A stretch of 64,000 nt of DNA from Podospora anserina (taxonomy: Eukaryota): NCBI GenBank assembly GCA_017654855.1, contig CM030333.1, forward strand, positions 1,550,001 through 1,614,000, written 5' to 3'. A model generated the notes under the pieces. The model was not told the origin of the DNA, made no database searches, and was given only the letters and a program-made list of their open reading frames with translations. Of the stretch, positions 60,009 to 64,000 are shown piece after piece. A program made the position numbers and the translations under genes. Within the stretch, counting starts at the first letter, position 1. Each line of letters starts with the position of its first letter.

Positions 60009-60179
60009 CAAAAATAAAATAAAAATAAAATAAAAATAAAATAAAAATAAAATAAAAATAAAATAAAAATAAAATAAAAATAAAATAAAAATAAAATAAA
60101 AATAAAATAAAAATAAAATAAAAATAAAATAAAAATAAAATAAAAATAAAATAAAAATAAAATAAAAATAAAATAAAAA
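60009..60179. repeat. Pure A/T 11-bp tandem repeat (AAAAATAAAAT)n, ~15 units
   Basis: Directly visible. Confidence 0.97.
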
Positions 60180-60403
60180 GACATTAAAGTGCTCGTGTGT
60201 CTGTCTGTGTCTGTAACTTTGTGTCCCTTCCCTCCGTGCTTGCAACTTCACCGCCGCACTGTGCTGCCCGCAAACCAACCATTTTTCAAGGTTACTTTAT
60301 ACATGTGAGATCCAATTAGGCCTCACTGGCGTCATGTCACATATTCACTCACCACTCATAATTACCCTCGTTAGCTTAAACATCCCTAACTGCCACTTAC
60401 AAG

Positions 60404-61671
60404 ATGGATGGTGGCCTTATCGAGGATGAATCTCACAACCCAGACCCCATAGCAGAACTCATCGAAAACTACAATGAGCTCAACAGCTCCGTCATCGAAG
60501 AGCTCACCGAGGAGCCAAGTCCCCTCGAGTTTATGAGATATGTCGCCAAAAACACCCCCTTCGTCGTACGAGGCGCCGCCAAGGACTGGAAAGCCACCAA
60601 AGAGTGGAATGTCAATTTTTTGAAAGACTTTCTCAAACACGAGACGGTGAATGTAGCCGTGACGCCTCACGGGTATGCTCACCTTGCTGCTTCGCATAAA
60701 TCTCATACTAACCTCCCTCAAGCAACGCAGACGCCCCAACACCACACCCCACCCCATCCTCCCCCCTCGTCTTCGCCCAACCCCACGAAGAAGACCAGCC
60801 CTTCCCCGTCTTCCTCGACTACCTCACCACCCAGTCCTCCCTCCCAGCCGGCGGTGAGCCCATCGGCGAAGTGAGATACGCCCAGACCCAAAACGACAAC
60901 CTCCGGCATGAATACCTCCGCCTATTCTCCCACTGCCTCCCCTCCATCCCCTTCGCCCGGATAGCCCTCGACCGGGACGCCGACGCGATCAACCTCTGGA
61001 TAGGAAACCAGCACTCCACCACCGCCCTCCACAAAGACAACTACGAAAACATCTACGTCCAGATCCGCGGCCGGAAACATTTCGTCCTCCTCCCGCCCAT
61101 CTGCCACCCCTGCGTGAATGAGCGGTTGCTTCCCTCGGCAGTCTACTCACGCAAGACCACTTCCCCAACCGAAGCAGCCAATAAGGAGGAGCCGGCATCA
61201 TCACCAGAAGCAGATGGGTCTACATCTTCACCCTCATACCTAGAGCTCAAAGTCTCGGAGCAAAAAGTCCCCTTCCCAACCTGGGATCCCGACCACCCTT
61301 TTCAAAATGAAACAGAATACTCCTGCCTCGCCTGCCCTGTGCGAGCCAGTTTAAATCCAGGGGACATGTTATATCTTCCCGCGTTATGGTACCACAAGGT
61401 AGCCCAGAGCGTCGACAACGAGGGGGTTTGTGTAGCAGTCAACTACTGGTACGACATGGACTTTACCGGGCCCCTCTACCCCCTAAGCACATTTGTTCGT
61501 TCAGTCTACAAAAAAGAGTTGAGGGGAGAAGAGGAGGAAAAGGAGGAGGAAAAGGAGGAGGAAAAGGAGGAGGAAAAGGAGGAGGAAAAGGAGGAGGAGA
61601 AGGAGGAGGAAGAGGCAGTGAATGAGCAAGACCTGGTTGATAATGCTGAGCAGCACCAACGCTTGACATAA
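60404..61671 (+). CDS. JMJD7-like JmjC/cupin-8 2-oxoglutarate oxygenase; intron 60673-60722
   Basis: PSPLEFMRYVAKNTP, VAVTPHG|NAD, YAQTQNDNL, NLWIGN, TALHKDNYENIY, GDMLYLPALWYHKV, VNYWYDM; (EEEK)n tail. Confidence 0.9.
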
Positions 61672-61765
61672 ATCACAAAAAAAATTGTAAAAAATCACAT
61701 GCAAATGACTTCAACATATGCCTGATATATCCCAGGTATAAATATTTTCCCAACCATTAAACCCC

Positions 61766-64000
61766 CTATTTCTTCTTCTTCGCCACCCTCTTCAGCGCCC
61801 TCATCTCCTTCTTCATCCTAGGATCAACCATCTTATACCTCCCCTTCACCCCCTTCGGCCTCCCCTGCAACCCTCTGTTTGCACCCGCAGCCTTCACCAC
61901 CTTAACCGGCGCCTTCCTCTTCTTCTTGTTCGCCTGCGCAATCAGCTTCGAGATGCTGCTCGCCTTCTCCTTCTCATTCAACCCCTCATCGCCCATCAGC
62001 ATATCCGCCTTCTTCTTCAGCTTCTCTAGCTTCTGCGCCTGCTTAAACTTCTTCCTCGCCCTAGCCTCAGCCACCTTCTTGATCGGTCTGGCATTGTACG
62101 CCCTCAGCTTCTCCTTGATCGCCTGCGCGGCTTCTTTGGTGATGGGCTTGTGCGGCTTGTCATGCTTCTTCTCGTCGTCGAGGAACCAGTCTGGGAGGCC
62201 GTCGCGGTCTTTGAGGGCGTATTTGTTGTAGCCGTCGTCGATGACGTCGTGGACCGTCTTTTCGCCGCGGGCGAGCTGGTGGGCGAGCGTCATGGCTTCT
62301 GCTGTGACGATGTCGATGTCTGTAATTCTCATCAGTATATTGTCATGACGGGAGCGAAAAGAAAACATACCAGGCTTGGCATCCTTCTTCTTCTTCTCCA
62401 CCGCCTCCCAGTCAGAATCCGAATCCTGCTCCTCCGCCTTTGGCCGCTTGACAATCTCAAACGTATTATCCTTCTCCTTCTTCGCAGCCGCAGCCGCCTC
62501 CTTGCGCATCTTCTTTTGCTGCTCGATGCTTGGAATATCGTCATCCGATGACTCAGCGGCCTCCTCATCTTGCAGCACTTGCACCTCCTCCTCTTCTCCA
62601 TCCCCTTCCTCCTCCATCTCACCCAAAATGTCCGCAAAAACCTCATTTTCGAAGAACCGGTTCGCACGTTTCGAAAGCCCTTCCTTCCCCTTGCCCTTCC
62701 CATCAAGATCGCTTATCAGCGGCTTCTCATCAACATCCATCTCATCCTCATCCTCCGAATCTGACCCGCTCTCCATCTCCAAATCGCTCTCATCATCACT
62801 GTTCCCCTTCTCGTCAGCCGAGACACCCTCCCACTCCTCATCGTCGTGCTCTTTCCTCGCCTTCTTGGCCCGGTATTTCGCATCAGCCGCCGACTTGCGC
62901 TCTTGATACTGATCATAAAGACCGTCCAGTTCCCTCTCCAACCTATCACCATCCTCGTCGCTCTCATCGTCCGTATCCCCCGAGGAGCCGATTCCAGAGT
63001 CGAATCCTCTCCTCTTCTGCTCGGCCTCCTTGATAACCACCATCTTGCCCTTGGCAATCTTGCGCAGCGCACCGTTTTCGTCAACGGCCTTGAGCTTAAA
63101 GATTTCGCCCTCACCTCTTGGACCCTCCTGCTCCATGCCGATATCCATAGGCGCCGTCATGTGCATTTGCATGCGCATAATCTCCTTGGTCTTGGCCTCA
63201 TTGGCGCTTCTCCTTTCCCTCTTCTTCTTGCCCTTCTCCTTGTCGGCGATTCTCTGGAGCTCCTCCTGGATTCTCATCTCCTCGTCCATCGGTTCCACCT
63301 CGGCCACTTCGTCGGCCAAGCTGGCCTTTGCTGATTTCTTGGTGGGGAAACCAAAGATCTCCCGGACCTTCAAACGCCATTTCAAGAGGAGCTTGAATTC
63401 TTTTCTCCCGAGAACTTTCAAATCGGCGCAGCATGTGCGGATTTCTTCGGTGGTCTCGGGGAGTTTGTCCAAAGCCGCCAGGGCCACATCGCCGTTTGTC
63501 GCTTGCTTGAAGGTCAAGGCGTTGTATTGACCAAGAATGGCGATCGGATCGGTAGTCTGGATGAACTCGCTCGCGGCAATCTCCTTGTACTGGGTGTAAT
63601 CACCCTCCTCGTAACCATCTCTCTTCCTCTTTTTGATCTCGGGGTTGTAGACCTTGGCCTCGTTGTTGGGAGCCGCATCGGCGACATCTTCGAAGACGGT
63701 GCGGGGGTCGAGCAAGCGGGGATCGAGCTTCTTGGGCGCCTTGTAACCCAAGCAAACAACGAAAATTTCGGCCGAGACGTTACGCGAGGAAGGGGGCTTG
63801 GTGGCTTCGACCTTGGTGAACAGCTGCTTGAGAACCCAGAGGAGAGAGTTGTAATCTTTCGATCGGAAAACTTTGGTGACAAAGGCGCCGCCCTCGATCA
63901 AGAATTCGGTGGCGAGCTTCAGAGAGTGAAGCGCAAGCTCGGCTTGGTTGAACGAATCCTGCACCCAGGCGGTACCGACGTTGGGCGCACCGTCGTGGAG
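61766..64000 (-). CDS. SPB1: 27S pre-rRNA 2'-O-methyltransferase Spb1 (5' end outside the window); intron 62370-62320
   Basis: [74 protein letters not shown]. Confidence 0.95.
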   Translation of the reverse strand, partial: LHDGAPNVGTAWVQDSFNQAELALHSLKLATEFLIEGGAFVTKVFRSKDYNSLLWVLKQLFTKVEATKPPSSRNVSAEIFVVCLGYKAPKKLDPRLLDPRTVFEDVADAAPNNEAKVYNPEIKKRKRDGYEEGDYTQYKEIAASEFIQTTDPIAILGQYNALTFKQATNGDVALAALDKLPETTEEIRTCCADLKVLGRKEFKLLLKWRLKVREIFGFPTKKSAKASLADEVAEVEPMDEEMRIQEELQRIADKEKGKKKRERRSANEAKTKEIMRMQMHMTAPMDIGMEQEGPRGEGEIFKLKAVDENGALRKIAKGKMVVIKEAEQKRRGFDSGIGSSGDTDDESDEDGDRLERELDGLYDQYQERKSAADAKYRAKKARKEHDDEEWEGVSADEKGNSDDESDLEMESGSDSEDEDEMDVDEKPLISDLDGKGKGKEGLSKRANRFFENEVFADILGEMEEEGDGEEEEVQVLQDEEAAESSDDDIPSIEQQKKMRKEAAAAAKKEKDNTFEIVKRPKAEEQDSDSDWEAVEKKKKDAKPGMFSFRSRHDNILMRITDIDIVTAEAMTLAHQLARGEKTVHDVIDDGYNKYALKDRDGLPDWFLDDEKKHDKPHKPITKEAAQAIKEKLRAYNARPIKKVAEARARKKFKQAQKLEKLKKKADMLMGDEGLNEKEKASSISKLIAQANKKKRKAPVKVVKAAGANRGLQGRPKGVKGRYKMVDPRMKKEMRALKRVAKKKK

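Noticed and set aside
59970..60278. Phe/Tyr-rich ORFs, or a CRISPR-like array
   Set aside because: Simple A/T tandem repeat without spacers in a eukaryotic genome.

Overview
Eukaryotic, intron-containing DNA from a filamentous ascomycete. Short GT-AG introns with CTAAC/CTGAC branch sites, gene content and codon style suggest Sordariales, probably Podospora-like (inference). Conserved genes: MED5/NUT1 (truncated at left edge), a conserved fungal protein of unknown function, TRAP-alpha/IRC22, an AT-hook protein, a DHX57-like DEAH helicase, DUF4202, cytochrome b2, an atypical 14-3-3-like protein, SCAP, a JMJD7-like JmjC protein and SPB1 (truncated at right edge). Three unusual systems lie between them. 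(1) A ~15 kb head-to-tail array (3.4-18.2 kb) of about 10-11 very diverged paralogs of one uncharacterised helical family. Most share a short first exon with a phase-0 intron, an 'L..L...L...AA..HP.I' motif reminiscent of the Cut8/Sts1 dimerisation helices, and a 'S.Y.TK..AL..L..IL' motif; members range from intact to fragmentary. (2) A neighbourhood of small Cys/His-rich putative Zn-binding genes (35.9-37.5, 41.2-45.6 and 53.5 kb), several of them disrupted. (3) Two diverged copies (35.5 and 40.5 kb) of a ~220 nt structured non-coding element with upstream TATA, Pol III A/B boxes, conserved hairpins and oligo-T ends. All alignments were done by eye; no searches were run.
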